Virus record (IMG/VR): IMGVR_UViG_3300035498_000732
Location: 62,689 to 126,688 of that record
Length of the DNA: 64,000 bases
Source of the DNA: a virus
Taxonomy: Duplodnaviria; Caudoviricetes
Direction: 5' to 3' (one strand)
The notes below the pieces were generated by a model. That model worked only from the letters and a program-made list of their open reading frames with translations, was not told the origin of the DNA and ran no database searches. The position numbers and the translations under genes are program-made. Positions 21,832-31,684 of the stretch are shown here, one piece after another (within the stretch, counting starts at the first letter, position 1; each line of letters starts with the position of its first letter).

Positions 21832-21857
21832 TTCATATATAAAGGAGATGTGTATTT

Positions 21858-22043
21858 ATGAAAACTACTGTCATAACCAATATTAGAGATGAAAGAGGAT
21901 GCCCTAAAACAAAGGCTGAAGTAATCTTAGAATTGGTGAAATCAACCGCAATGTCTGGATATAGATATCCTGATAGAGCAGAGGAATTATATAATTCTTT
22001 TGTCAATAAAGAGATCTTTATAGAAGGGGAGATGGAAGTATAG
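21858..22043 (+). CDS. Small hypothetical protein
   Basis: 61 aa; RBS aaggag; terminator at 22050-22082. Confidence 0.65.
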   Translation: MKTTVITNIRDERGCPKTKAEVILELVKSTAMSGYRYPDRAEELYNSFVNKEIFIEGEMEV

Positions 22044-22124
22044 ATTAAGCAGGGGTGCCTATTTGGTACCCCTGTTATTTTATCAAAGTATATGTAACTG
22101 ATTATAATGAGGAGGTGAAGTATT

Positions 22125-23162
22125 TTGGATTCATCTGGATATAGACAATTCTTATTAGATTCAATACCATCTGCTTCACCTGCATCAGGGGGCAGATTTA
22201 TTTTGTGCAGATGTTTTGAGTGTGGTGATTCTAAAGATCCTACACATGCACATCTTTATATTGCCATACCACAATCAGATGATGAAGTATCTTGGGCATA
22301 TTGCCAAAAATGCAAGATGCATACCATAATAACTCCAGATGTATTGGATAGATGGGGTTTATTCAATTCTGATGCTAATGCATATCTCTCTATACAGAAT
22401 AAGAGATCTTATAAGCATAATATCACTAAGAGACTTATGGGTAGAACTGTGTATAATATAAGAAATTCTTATGTGACGCAGTGTAGAGAATCTGAATTGA
22501 AATTGAAATATATCAATGATAGACTTGGTATCAATATAGATTATCAAGAAGCTTTAGATAAAAAGATAGTACTCAATTTAGGAGACTTATTGTATAGTAA
22601 TAGAATTGCTGAATATACAAGAGATTCTAATATTATAAGTCAATTAAATGATTTTTTTGTAGGATTTATAAGTTCCGACAATGCTTATGTGAATATGCGT
22701 AGAGTAGTATCTGAAGGAAAAGTATATCATAGTATAGATAAAAGATATATTAGATATAATATATTTGGCAAATATGATAATCTTGAAAGATTCTATACAA
22801 TACCAACTAGAATTAATTTAAATTCTCCAAATAGAATTAAGGTAAATATTGCAGAAGGTGAATTTGATATACTTTCTGTGTATTATAATCTTAGACAAGA
22901 TCCCAACCAAGTATATATGGCTATTGGTGGTTCTGGATATATTGGATTACTAAGACATATTCTGGTTAAATTGAAGCTATTCTATATAGAATTGCATCTT
23001 TATCCAGATAATGATTCTGTCGGATTGGAGGAAATAGATCAAGTATATCAATTAACCAGACCATATAGAATACCAGTAATCATTCATAGAAATACTATGA
23101 GTGGGGAGAAAGATTTTGGAGTTCCAGCAAATAGAATTATAGAGGCAGTATATGAAATGTAA
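22125..23162 (+). CDS. DNA primase (Zn ribbon plus TOPRIM)
   Basis: CFEC...H...CQKC, IAEGEFD and YPDND motifs; TTG start with RBS gaggaggtg. Confidence 0.8.
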   Translation: MDSSGYRQFLLDSIPSASPASGGRFILCRCFECGDSKDPTHAHLYIAIPQSDDEVSWAYCQKCKMHTIITPDVLDRWGLFNSDANAYLSIQNKRSYKHNITKRLMGRTVYNIRNSYVTQCRESELKLKYINDRLGINIDYQEALDKKIVLNLGDLLYSNRIAEYTRDSNIISQLNDFFVGFISSDNAYVNMRRVVSEGKVYHSIDKRYIRYNIFGKYDNLERFYTIPTRINLNSPNRIKVNIAEGEFDILSVYYNLRQDPNQVYMAIGGSGYIGLLRHILVKLKLFYIELHLYPDNDSVGLEEIDQVYQLTRPYRIPVIIHRNTMSGEKDFGVPANRIIEAVYEM

Positions 23163-23245
23163 AGGCTAGAGTCAATCTGGCCTTTATTTTTTAGCCTGAA
23201 CTTTATAATAAATAAATAAATCATTTTGTAAAGGAGGTAATTTAA

Positions 23246-24064
23246 ATGGCAAAATGTGAAGCTTCGACAGTTATTAAGACTGCCAAAAAATATGATGGTT
23301 ATTTGGAGAAAGCTAGTAATTCTAAACTTGATGACTTCACTGCAAATGCTGGAACCAACAATTATACCATGTTTGGAAGGGACTACGATAAACTCATGGG
23401 TACTAAGTTGAATGGACAATCGTGGTGTGCTATGTACTTGTGCATTATGTTTGTTTATGCATATGGGCTCAAAGCAGCTAAGAAGTTATTGGGTGGAAAT
23501 CTGTTTTCTTACACTCCTACAGGGTATACTAAAATGGGAGCCAAGAAAAAGACACCTAAGGCTGGTGATGTAGTATTTTTCTATAATGCTACATTAGGCC
23601 GTATAGCTCATGTAGGACTTGTAACAAAAGTAGATTCTAGCAAATTCTATACCATCGAAGGTAATACTTCATCTGATGCCGGAGTAGTACGTAATGGCGG
23701 ATCAGTGAATCAAAAATCTTATTCTTTATCTTTATCAACAGCATATTTCGCTACCCCATCATATTCTAGCGTAGATGTTGGTACAGACAACAAAGTTGGG
23801 ACATCATCGGTAAAAAGTACATCATCTGGCAGAAGCAATCCTTATACAGTTCCAACAGGTACACTTAAGAGAGGTTCTTCTGGAAGTACAGTAAAATGGC
23901 TGCAGTATGAGCTTAATCAGTGGAAGTCTACTCTCAAAGAAGATGGAGATTACGGTGCAAAGACAGAAGCACAAGTTAAAGCCTATCAGAAATCACATGG
24001 TCTTACAGCAGATGGAGTTGCTGGGACCAAAACCATTGCAAAATTAAAGAGTGATGGGGTGTAA
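23246..24064 (+). CDS. CHAP-domain endolysin with peptidoglycan-binding domain
   Basis: SWCAMY, HVGLV, TIEGNT; C-terminal DGDYGAKT and DGVAGTKT PG_binding_1 repeats; late motif at 23199. Confidence 0.85.
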   Translation: MAKCEASTVIKTAKKYDGYLEKASNSKLDDFTANAGTNNYTMFGRDYDKLMGTKLNGQSWCAMYLCIMFVYAYGLKAAKKLLGGNLFSYTPTGYTKMGAKKKTPKAGDVVFFYNATLGRIAHVGLVTKVDSSKFYTIEGNTSSDAGVVRNGGSVNQKSYSLSLSTAYFATPSYSSVDVGTDNKVGTSSVKSTSSGRSNPYTVPTGTLKRGSSGSTVKWLQYELNQWKSTLKEDGDYGAKTEAQVKAYQKSHGLTADGVAGTKTIAKLKSDGV

Positions 24065-24066
24065 TT

Positions 24067-24741
24067 ATGGTAATGGGAACAGAAGGTCTTAAACTCTTAA
24101 AGAGCTATGAGACATGCTCACTTAAGGCTTATATAAATTCTGGTGAAAAAAATTATACTATTGGATGGGGTCATAGCTCATCCGATATTAAAAAAGGCCA
24201 GACAATAACTCAAGCACAAGCAGATGCATATCTTAAAGAAGATTTAAAGAGTTTTGAGAAAATAGTAACTAATAATATTAAGCTTACTCTCAATCAGAAT
24301 CAATTCGATGCATTAGTGGATTATGCATATAACAGAGGATCTAAAGGATTAAAGCAGCTTGCTAATAATTCTAAGACTATTTCTGATTTATCTAAAAATA
24401 TTTTAGTATATTGGGGAACCAATGAATCTGCTAAAGCAGGCATCATGAAGAGACGTAAAGCGGAAAAAGCATTATTTGATAAAACATCAGGAGGTAGTTC
24501 AATGAATCCTTATTCAGTACCAGGTAACAAAGTAGTCCTTAAAGCAGGAATGGCAACTAGTTCATATGTGAAGTGGTTACAATTTGAATTAAATAAAGGA
24601 GGTGCAGGCTTAGTAGTAGATGGAGAATATGGCTCCAAGACTGCAGCTGCTGTAAAAGCATATCAGAAGGCTAATGGCCTTGTAGTTGATGGCATTGCCG
24701 GACCTAAGACAATTGCTAGTTTAAAGGATAATGCTGCATAA
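24067..24741 (+). CDS. GH24 lysozyme with peptidoglycan-binding domain
   Basis: LKSYE, YTIGWGH, NQNQFDALV, RRKAEKALF; DGIAGPKT. Confidence 0.85.
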   Translation: MVMGTEGLKLLKSYETCSLKAYINSGEKNYTIGWGHSSSDIKKGQTITQAQADAYLKEDLKSFEKIVTNNIKLTLNQNQFDALVDYAYNRGSKGLKQLANNSKTISDLSKNILVYWGTNESAKAGIMKRRKAEKALFDKTSGGSSMNPYSVPGNKVVLKAGMATSSYVKWLQFELNKGGAGLVVDGEYGSKTAAAVKAYQKANGLVVDGIAGPKTIASLKDNAA

Positions 24742-24757
24742 GCATATTTAAAATGGG

Positions 24758-24997
24758 GTGATTTTTATGACTGCTGATGAGTATAATACTAGTACAAAAT
24801 TCGGTATGTCTTATAGGGAAATTCTACCTATACAAAGAAGACTCATGTTTCTTGGATATCCATGTACAGATAATGGGCAATGGGATAAAGTTACTGAAGA
24901 TTCTATAAATAGATTCAAGATAAGGAATGGGCTGAAGGGAGATGGGATTCCTACAAGAGAAACACTTGAACTATTAGCACGAAGAGCCGGGGCTTAG
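24758..24997 (+). CDS. Stand-alone peptidoglycan-binding domain protein
   Basis: IQRRLMFLGY...NGQWDKVT...FKIRNGLKGDGI. Confidence 0.7.
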   Translation: MIFMTADEYNTSTKFGMSYREILPIQRRLMFLGYPCTDNGQWDKVTEDSINRFKIRNGLKGDGIPTRETLELLARRAGA

Positions 24998-25048
24998 TCC
25001 CCGGCTTTTTACCCTCTAGAACTTTTATGTAATTGGAGGTGATTTAAT

Positions 25049-26290
25049 TTGGGTAAATTTATAAATACAGAACACAAGCAGATGGTGGATACAATTACTA
25101 AAGGTGTCGTTAAAGACATGCTTAAGAATCCATATTATCTTTTTGAAAATACTAAAGCTACTCCGGTAATATTCTATGAATTAGACTCTACTCAAACTAC
25201 ATTAGATGATTCTACTAGAATGGAGTATGAACAGACTGGATCTAATTCTCCTCTTAGATTTAAGAGAATTAAAGATGTATATCTATATGGATTAGAAAGG
25301 ATAGAGATTCATTATTCTAATGGAGAGAATGGATTAGAGGCAGATCCTATTCAAGGAGATTGCACAGATCTTCCAAATACCATTAATCCAACTCCTGGTT
25401 GTTATTTTGAGATTCCATATCTTAATGGGGATCAGAGGCATTATCTATTCGTTATTACAGATGTAACAGATGATACTATGGATGATGGAAATAATATTCA
25501 TAAAATGTCATATGAATTGAGTGCTACAGATAGTGGAAATTGGGAAGCATTACAGAATCAGGTTGTAGAAGATTACAGATTTATTCCATCTAATATTGGT
25601 ACTAAGAAGAATGCAGTTGTATTATCTTCTAGATATGATCTAGCAGAGAGATTAGATGATATAGGTACTATTCTACGGCAATATTATAATGAGTTATTCT
25701 ATAATGATAGAGTACAGACATATACTTATCAATTAGTGACTAATTATAATATTAATGATTCTATGGTAATAGAATTTATAATTAGAAATAAGCTCATGGG
25801 TGGTAATGGAGCAGACTATATGTATGTATCTCATAAGAATCCAGTGCCAAAGACATTCTCTATTGATTATACGGATTCTTTATTTAGAGCTATTGAAGCA
25901 GGAGATAAAGATAAAGTTGCTGATGCTAAAGTAATGGGTACTTATCATCTTATTACAAATATGACCACTATATTCATGACCAGGCAAGAGCCATACTTTT
26001 ATATGAATTATGATAATTCATATGTTATGCAATCATCTGGTAATGTAGTACAAACATTTGATGTAGATTTTATAGATAGAATTATGTCTAATGAATTATA
26101 TGACTATGATGAGTATAATGCATATTTGAATATCGTAATTAAATATATGAATGGAATGATTTCTGTAAATGATTTGGATGTGCAAGCATTAGAAGATATA
26201 GAATATGTAGCTTCTCAGCAATTGTATTATACTATGCCTATAGTGATATATTGTGTTGAAACCTACATAAAGTCACTAATTTCAACATAG
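25049..26290 (+). CDS. Putative virion structural protein (neck/head completion-like)
   Basis: 413 aa; late motif aact-tttatg-taat at 25020; function inferred from context. Confidence 0.4.
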   Translation: MGKFINTEHKQMVDTITKGVVKDMLKNPYYLFENTKATPVIFYELDSTQTTLDDSTRMEYEQTGSNSPLRFKRIKDVYLYGLERIEIHYSNGENGLEADPIQGDCTDLPNTINPTPGCYFEIPYLNGDQRHYLFVITDVTDDTMDDGNNIHKMSYELSATDSGNWEALQNQVVEDYRFIPSNIGTKKNAVVLSSRYDLAERLDDIGTILRQYYNELFYNDRVQTYTYQLVTNYNINDSMVIEFIIRNKLMGGNGADYMYVSHKNPVPKTFSIDYTDSLFRAIEAGDKDKVADAKVMGTYHLITNMTTIFMTRQEPYFYMNYDNSYVMQSSGNVVQTFDVDFIDRIMSNELYDYDEYNAYLNIVIKYMNGMISVNDLDVQALEDIEYVASQQLYYTMPIVIYCVETYIKSLIST

Positions 26291-26332
26291 TAATAATTTA
26301 TGGCATATTTTCCAGAAAGGAGATCTATACAT

Positions 26333-26632
26333 ATGGAATATCAATCCATTGAATCTATCTTCAATGAGGCTGTTATTGAAGATATTGAAGAAGAAGCATT
26401 AGATGCATCAGAATATGGTGATATTATTGATCAGATGGCTGGGCTGTCTGATATTAATGATTCTCTGAGAACTGTACAAGATGGTACTCCATCTACTTTA
26501 GTAAATACACTTATTGGGGATAAAGAGGTAATTGAAAAGATTGACAGAATAGATACTGAATGTGATGAGTATCCAGATTTTGATCAAGAGGATTATTATG
26601 AAGATGAGGAGGATATTAGCGATGAGCAATAA
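26333..26632 (+). CDS. Acidic hypothetical protein (putative prohead core component)
   Basis: RBS aaggag before MEYQS; late motif at 26284. Confidence 0.6.
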   Translation: MEYQSIESIFNEAVIEDIEEEALDASEYGDIIDQMAGLSDINDSLRTVQDGTPSTLVNTLIGDKEVIEKIDRIDTECDEYPDFDQEDYYEDEEDISDEQ

Positions 26633-26975
26633 AGAGACTTTTATGGCTTTTGATCCATTAGATCCTGTAGATAATATGATCTTAACAGATCCTAACTGCG
26701 ATGATATGGTTGCAGAAGTGGAGAGTTATATTGACAACTGTGCTAAAGGCAATAACTCCATTATTACAGAATCTGCAGATGAAGATATTGATTATGCAGA
26801 TGATGTAGATTATTTCTCAGATGATGGAGATTTTGTAGATATGCCATCTGATATTGCATCAGAAGATGCAGAAGATTATGGCGCTGCTGAGATGGAATTA
26901 CTTGCAGGAGATTTTGCCAATAATGATGCTATTGATTCTATTGATGATATGGAGTTCATTGAAGGCGAAGATTAA
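26622..26975 (+). CDS. Acidic hypothetical protein
   Basis: RBS gaggagg before MSNKET; D/E-rich. Confidence 0.6.
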   Translation: MSNKETFMAFDPLDPVDNMILTDPNCDDMVAEVESYIDNCAKGNNSIITESADEDIDYADDVDYFSDDGDFVDMPSDIASEDAEDYGAAEMELLAGDFANNDAIDSIDDMEFIEGED

Positions 26976-26990
26976 TTAAGGAGGATCATC

Positions 26991-27554
26991 ATGAAATTAA
27001 AGGTTATTGTAGAACCAACTACACCAATTGTTGGTTTAGAGTCAAGACCTGTAAAAACAACAAAAAGGTTTGAACTTACAGAGATGCAGATTAAGCGTTG
27101 CTTAAATTCTAATGCTAAGGTATACGTTGAAGCTAGTGATGGAACGAAGCACCAAATTACTTATAATAATCTGAATTCTATTAAGAATATCTTATCAGAA
27201 GCAGATAAGAAAGTAGCAGATGAAGAAGCTGCTAAAAAAGAAGCTGAGAAAGCAGCACAGATTGCTGCAGCAGAAAAGGCTGCAGAACAGAAACGTGCTC
27301 GTGAAGCTGCAGAGAAAGCAAAAGAAGAAGCTGCTGCTAAGAGAAGAGCAGAAGAAGCAGCTGCAAAGAAGGCTGCTATTAGAAGGGCAGCAGAAGAAGA
27401 AGCTGAGCGTAAGCGTAAAGAGGCTGAGGAAGCTGCTAAAGCTGAGGCTGAACGTATTGCAAAAGAAGAAGCTGCTAAAAAAGAAGCAGAAGAACTTGCA
27501 GAGATCGAGAGAATGGTTGCTGCAGATGAAGCAAATAAAAAAGAGGATGAGTAA
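26991..27554 (+). CDS. Protein with A/E/K/R-rich charged helix
   Basis: About 110 aa of EEAAKK-type repeats after a small globular domain. Confidence 0.7.
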   Translation: MKLKVIVEPTTPIVGLESRPVKTTKRFELTEMQIKRCLNSNAKVYVEASDGTKHQITYNNLNSIKNILSEADKKVADEEAAKKEAEKAAQIAAAEKAAEQKRAREAAEKAKEEAAAKRRAEEAAAKKAAIRRAAEEEAERKRKEAEEAAKAEAERIAKEEAAKKEAEELAEIERMVAADEANKKEDE

Positions 27555-27809
27555 GAAACTTATGGAAGGAGTAGGCAGTAAATGCCTACTCCCTTTTCCG
27601 GACCAATGCCCCCATTAGCCCATTCCATAAGTTTCTGTTCCCATAGTATCCTCCCTCTCCAAATTCGGGTCCCGTCATGTTAGCAGACCCCCTTTACAAG
27701 TTACTACGAAGCATCTATAAACCCCTGATGCTTCAAGTATATAATATATCATTAAATAGCATAGAATTTACAAATAAAACTTTTATTTAATTTATATAGG
27801 AGGTGTAAT

Positions 27810-28091
27810 ATGTTATTTGGATTAGAATATAGTACAACAGAGCCTTTACCAGATTATGAATTTAAGTATAAACAAAAAGTTCACTTAGAAAAAACACCTG
27901 TATTCAAGAGTGCAGACACAGAGAATTTCTTTAAATTAGTTACTGGAGATTTCTATGTACAGAATACCAGACCTGTAAGAGGAATGATTAAACTAGTTGC
28001 TAGTGAGAGAGATTGTGATATTAGAATGGATACATTATGGTATGCTAGAGTAAAAGATCTAGTAAATATAATTAAAAAGAGGAGATCATAA
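27810..28091 (+). CDS. Hypothetical protein
   Basis: 93 aa; RBS aggaggtg; late motif at 27778. Confidence 0.7.
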   Translation: MLFGLEYSTTEPLPDYEFKYKQKVHLEKTPVFKSADTENFFKLVTGDFYVQNTRPVRGMIKLVASERDCDIRMDTLWYARVKDLVNIIKKRRS

Positions 28092-29095
28092 TGAGCAAAA
28101 TATATAATATATATCTTGATGCAGGACATGGTTTACATACTCCAAATAAGTGTAGCTTAGATGGTTCTGTTACTGAATGGGAATTGAATAATAAAGTATG
28201 TAAATTTATTGAAGCTAACTTGGCTAAGTATAATTGTGTAGTTTATAGATGTGATGATACTACAGGAGAAACTGATCCTGCTCCTACTACTAAGAGACTT
28301 ACTGTAGCAGAGATTGGAAATGCTGATGTATGTATATCTATTCATCATAATATCAGTATATCCAGTCCTAATGATGCTACTGGTGTAGAAGTATTTGTAC
28401 ATAATAGAGCTACACAAGATTCTATTAATCTTGGTACTGAAATTCTTCATGCATTATCTTCATCTACTAAGATGAAGAATAGAGGATTGAAAACTGGATT
28501 ATTGAGTATGTGTGCACCTAAGACATTTCCAACTGTACTGGTTGAAGGTGGATTCCTTACTAATAAGTCAGACTTAGAGTATATTACTTCAGATAAGGGA
28601 ATTAAAGCATATGCATCTGCTGTATCACATTCTCTTATATCTTTCTTTGGACTTACTAAGGATTATACTGAAAGTGTATCAGGGCATAAGCATACTTCCT
28701 CAGAGTATTATGTAAGTAGTGCTTGGGAGAATCTTACAAATAAAACAGGCCCATATACTGTATTAGCAACTGCTATTGCGGTATGCGATAAGAATGCTGG
28801 CTATAAAGTATTTGCTAATGATGGATGTATAATACATGAGTCTACTCTTAAATTAGAAACATCTGAAACTAAATATGTTAAAGTGGGGTCAAAAGGAGAT
28901 AGAACTATGTCCCATGGTCAAACTCTTAAGATGAGAGATAAGCCAAGTGGAAAGAATGGTTCTGTAATTACAGAGATTCCATACGGAACTACTCTTATTT
29001 TAAGGTCCAAGACTAATAGTTCCTATTGGTTATGCATGACTAGAGATGGAATATATACTGGATATTTATATAATGGATATTTAAATGAAATTTAA
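28091..29095 (+). CDS. N-acetylmuramoyl-L-alanine amidase (Amidase_3) with C-terminal SH3b-like domain
   Basis: LDAGHG, EWELN, ISIHHN, LVEGGF; LKMRDKPS...GYLYNGYL. Confidence 0.88.
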   Translation: MSKIYNIYLDAGHGLHTPNKCSLDGSVTEWELNNKVCKFIEANLAKYNCVVYRCDDTTGETDPAPTTKRLTVAEIGNADVCISIHHNISISSPNDATGVEVFVHNRATQDSINLGTEILHALSSSTKMKNRGLKTGLLSMCAPKTFPTVLVEGGFLTNKSDLEYITSDKGIKAYASAVSHSLISFFGLTKDYTESVSGHKHTSSEYYVSSAWENLTNKTGPYTVLATAIAVCDKNAGYKVFANDGCIIHESTLKLETSETKYVKVGSKGDRTMSHGQTLKMRDKPSGKNGSVITEIPYGTTLILRSKTNSSYWLCMTRDGIYTGYLYNGYLNEI

Positions 29096-29368
29096 CCAAC
29101 ATTAGTGTAATGCATACCTACCTGTAATAAAGCTTGCCTTTAAGTAAGATTGCATTTTTTGTGTTCCTTTCTGTTTTGGCCTTGGGAAGTTCCGTGTATG
29201 TCTGTTATCGACTGGAGCGGAACTCCTGGCCATTGTGCTATGGTTGTGTTGTTTTGGTTGTTGTTGTTTTTACTTTCATGATTTTTTTCTCTTTGCAATT
29301 AGAGTCTGGGTTCCGCGGCCCAGACTCTATTGTTTCAAAAACACTTTAATAAAATAAAGGAGGGATAA

Positions 29369-30331
29369 ATGTTTATGTTTGAAAGAGATAAATTTAAACA
29401 AGTTGATATTTTTGACATTGTTTTGATTATTACTCTTTCAATAGCCATCATACTTTATGGGATAGCAGCATGTGAATACATCGACGAAGTAAGGTTGTTA
29501 AACGAGTATAATCAACGCTGCATTGATGAAAGTTCTGATAATGCATACTCTATTATGTCAGGTTTGATTACATCATTATGCCTATCTGCAGAGGGAAGCA
29601 TACAGCTTAGCATATCAGATGCAGAAGATCAATTAACAGATGAAGATATAGAATATGTAAGCAAATTGCTTGATACTCATGGCAGAGATGATGAAATAGA
29701 AGATAAGTTTAATGATTTCTTTGATAAGAATTATTTCACTTATATAAGAAACTCTAATAATGATATTTTCATTTGCGATCAAGATTGTATCATTGCAAAT
29801 TATAGTAAGCGTGAAGATGAAATCTATGGATACTTATCATGGGATAAAGTTATTGGTTCAGATAATGCGCCACAGCTTGTAGGAGATGCATTAGCAGATT
29901 TATTAGACTCTAATACTAGAAACTATATAGCATATATCAATGATGGATCCGGTACAGTATTAGAGCAAGACGATATACGAGACATGTATGTGTCTGGTGG
30001 AATTGATGCTCTCAAGTATGTAAATGTAATTGTCCCTGTGTATATAACAGATGATCTTAGAGGGCATTATAGTAATGAATATTACAATGGAGAAAGAAAT
30101 TATAAAGTTATAATTGTACAAGAGTTTAATATTTATGATCAATTTCTTAAAGTTCAACCAGATATTCAAGATACATATCCTAGTGGATTTAGTGAAGATG
30201 AATTATCTAGTATTACTATAGTACTATATATCTTAGGACTGTGCTTATTAATTGGTATGGTTCTTTTTGCAGTCATCATTGTGTATATATACAATAAGCA
30301 TATCAGTAAATTAGTACAAAAAAAAAAATAA
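29369..30331 (+). CDS. Membrane protein with two TM helices flanking an extracytoplasmic domain
   Basis: Hydrophobic segments at both ends; late motif at 29340. Confidence 0.65.
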   Translation: MFMFERDKFKQVDIFDIVLIITLSIAIILYGIAACEYIDEVRLLNEYNQRCIDESSDNAYSIMSGLITSLCLSAEGSIQLSISDAEDQLTDEDIEYVSKLLDTHGRDDEIEDKFNDFFDKNYFTYIRNSNNDIFICDQDCIIANYSKREDEIYGYLSWDKVIGSDNAPQLVGDALADLLDSNTRNYIAYINDGSGTVLEQDDIRDMYVSGGIDALKYVNVIVPVYITDDLRGHYSNEYYNGERNYKVIIVQEFNIYDQFLKVQPDIQDTYPSGFSEDELSSITIVLYILGLCLLIGMVLFAVIIVYIYNKHISKLVQKKK

Positions 30332-30346
30332 CTAGGAGGTGATAAC

Positions 30347-31111
30347 TTGTTCAGCGTTGAGGAGTACTTCACTGTTACATCGTCTCAAATCAGCGCAGTT
30401 CTAGATTATTTATTCCAGTTTATATTAGTATATATATGCTGCTTTATCGGTGCAGCCATTAGAGACTTAACAACAGCATCTAAGTCTAAAACTAAAGTAG
30501 ATATAGGCAATGCATTTATATTTTCTACTCCATGTGCATTTATAATGACTACTGCATTTAATCTAATATCCAGCAAAGCTGGATTTAGAACATTGGTGCT
30601 AGCATGTGTATTTATGGGCATGTGGTCTAGAGAAGTAGCATCTCTACTATTGAATAACAAAGTTGCACTTGGAATTGTAAGGTACTTTGTCAAAAGCGTA
30701 ATACATGGTTTGTCTACTGATGATTTAAATACAGAGACAGACCGCTTATCTGATATATTTGAAGATGCTGTAGGAAACGGTAAGAAAACCGCTTCTGAGG
30801 AAAATAATAATGATGATAGTACACTTGCTAAGGATGATAGTCAAAATTGCGCCACAGCAAATGATGATCCTCCTAAGGATGCCACACCTGAGGAATCTGG
30901 TAAAGAAGAAACAAGTGAAAATAAAGATGAATCTACAGATTCTAAAACAAAAGAAGATACTAATAATGAGGAATCTAACACAGAGGAGAATACTACTACA
31001 GAAAATAATTCTGAATCTACTGATAAAAAAGAAGAGGATGACGATAGTAGTGAAGAACTTGGTGGAGATCCAGTAGGAGAATATAGTTGGACTAAGATAA
31101 TAGGGTACTAA
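30347..31111 (+). CDS. Multi-TM membrane protein with acidic tail (holin candidate)
   Basis: 3-4 hydrophobic helices then D/E/N/T-rich tail; near the amidase. Confidence 0.45.
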   Translation: MFSVEEYFTVTSSQISAVLDYLFQFILVYICCFIGAAIRDLTTASKSKTKVDIGNAFIFSTPCAFIMTTAFNLISSKAGFRTLVLACVFMGMWSREVASLLLNNKVALGIVRYFVKSVIHGLSTDDLNTETDRLSDIFEDAVGNGKKTASEENNNDDSTLAKDDSQNCATANDDPPKDATPEESGKEETSENKDESTDSKTKEDTNNEESNTEENTTTENNSESTDKKEEDDDSSEELGGDPVGEYSWTKIIGY

Positions 31112-31150
31112 AAAATAATGCGCTAGGAATATTCCTAGCGCACTTCTTTT

Positions 31151-31384
31151 CTAATATAATAATGTCTTTGTCATATGCAACTCTTTGCCATCCCAGAGCT
31201 GCAAATATGGTAAATACATCTCACCTGTATGATAGATGTAGATATATTTATAAGGCTCATCATTCTCTATCTCATCGATAGATCTGATGGTCTTCAAATC
31301 TGATGGATTATAATAGATTCCTCTGTTAAATCCAGGAAGAGATTCAACTGATTTATCTAATTTAATAGTATGCTTTCCAATCAT
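31151..31384 (-). CDS. Hypothetical protein (paralog of 31430..31684)
   Basis: Shares the Y...D.K.IR...PY.Y.YI pattern with its neighbour. Confidence 0.6.
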   Translation of the reverse strand: MIGKHTIKLDKSVESLPGFNRGIYYNPSDLKTIRSIDEIENDEPYKYIYIYHTGEMYLPYLQLWDGKELHMTKTLLY

Positions 31385-31429
31385 TAATTATTCCTCCTTA
31401 CTTAGTAGAATTATATTAATGTTCAGCTA

Positions 31430-31684
31430 CTATTTAAGGTAGTCATTTATCATAGTCTTATCCACAGCACAATCCGTAGGACATAGTTCACCATCACTAA
31501 AGATTAGCAGCTTAGGATAGACTATCCCGATTGACTTACTATATATGGTACCCCTAAGGTCTAATATGTAGAGATACTCATATGGTCCATCAGCGATATC
31601 ATAATCCCTTATCACCTTGATATCCTTCTCAGTATACTTTAAATTAGGCATACTGTGTATCGGTTTTAACACTCTGTTTGCCAT
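31430..31684 (-). CDS. Hypothetical protein
   Basis: RBS gggagg before MANR. Confidence 0.6.
   Translation of the reverse strand: MANRVLKPIHSMPNLKYTEKDIKVIRDYDIADGPYEYLYILDLRGTIYSKSIGIVYPKLLIFSDGELCPTDCAVDKTMINDYLK

Noticed and set aside
27220-27618. Lys/Leu/Gln-rich ORF
   Set aside because: Alternate frame of the EAAK-repeat gene
29134-29349. 71-aa hydrophobic ORF as a holin
   Set aside because: TTG start without RBS and runs through a terminator; hydrophobicity follows from T-richness; not fully excluded
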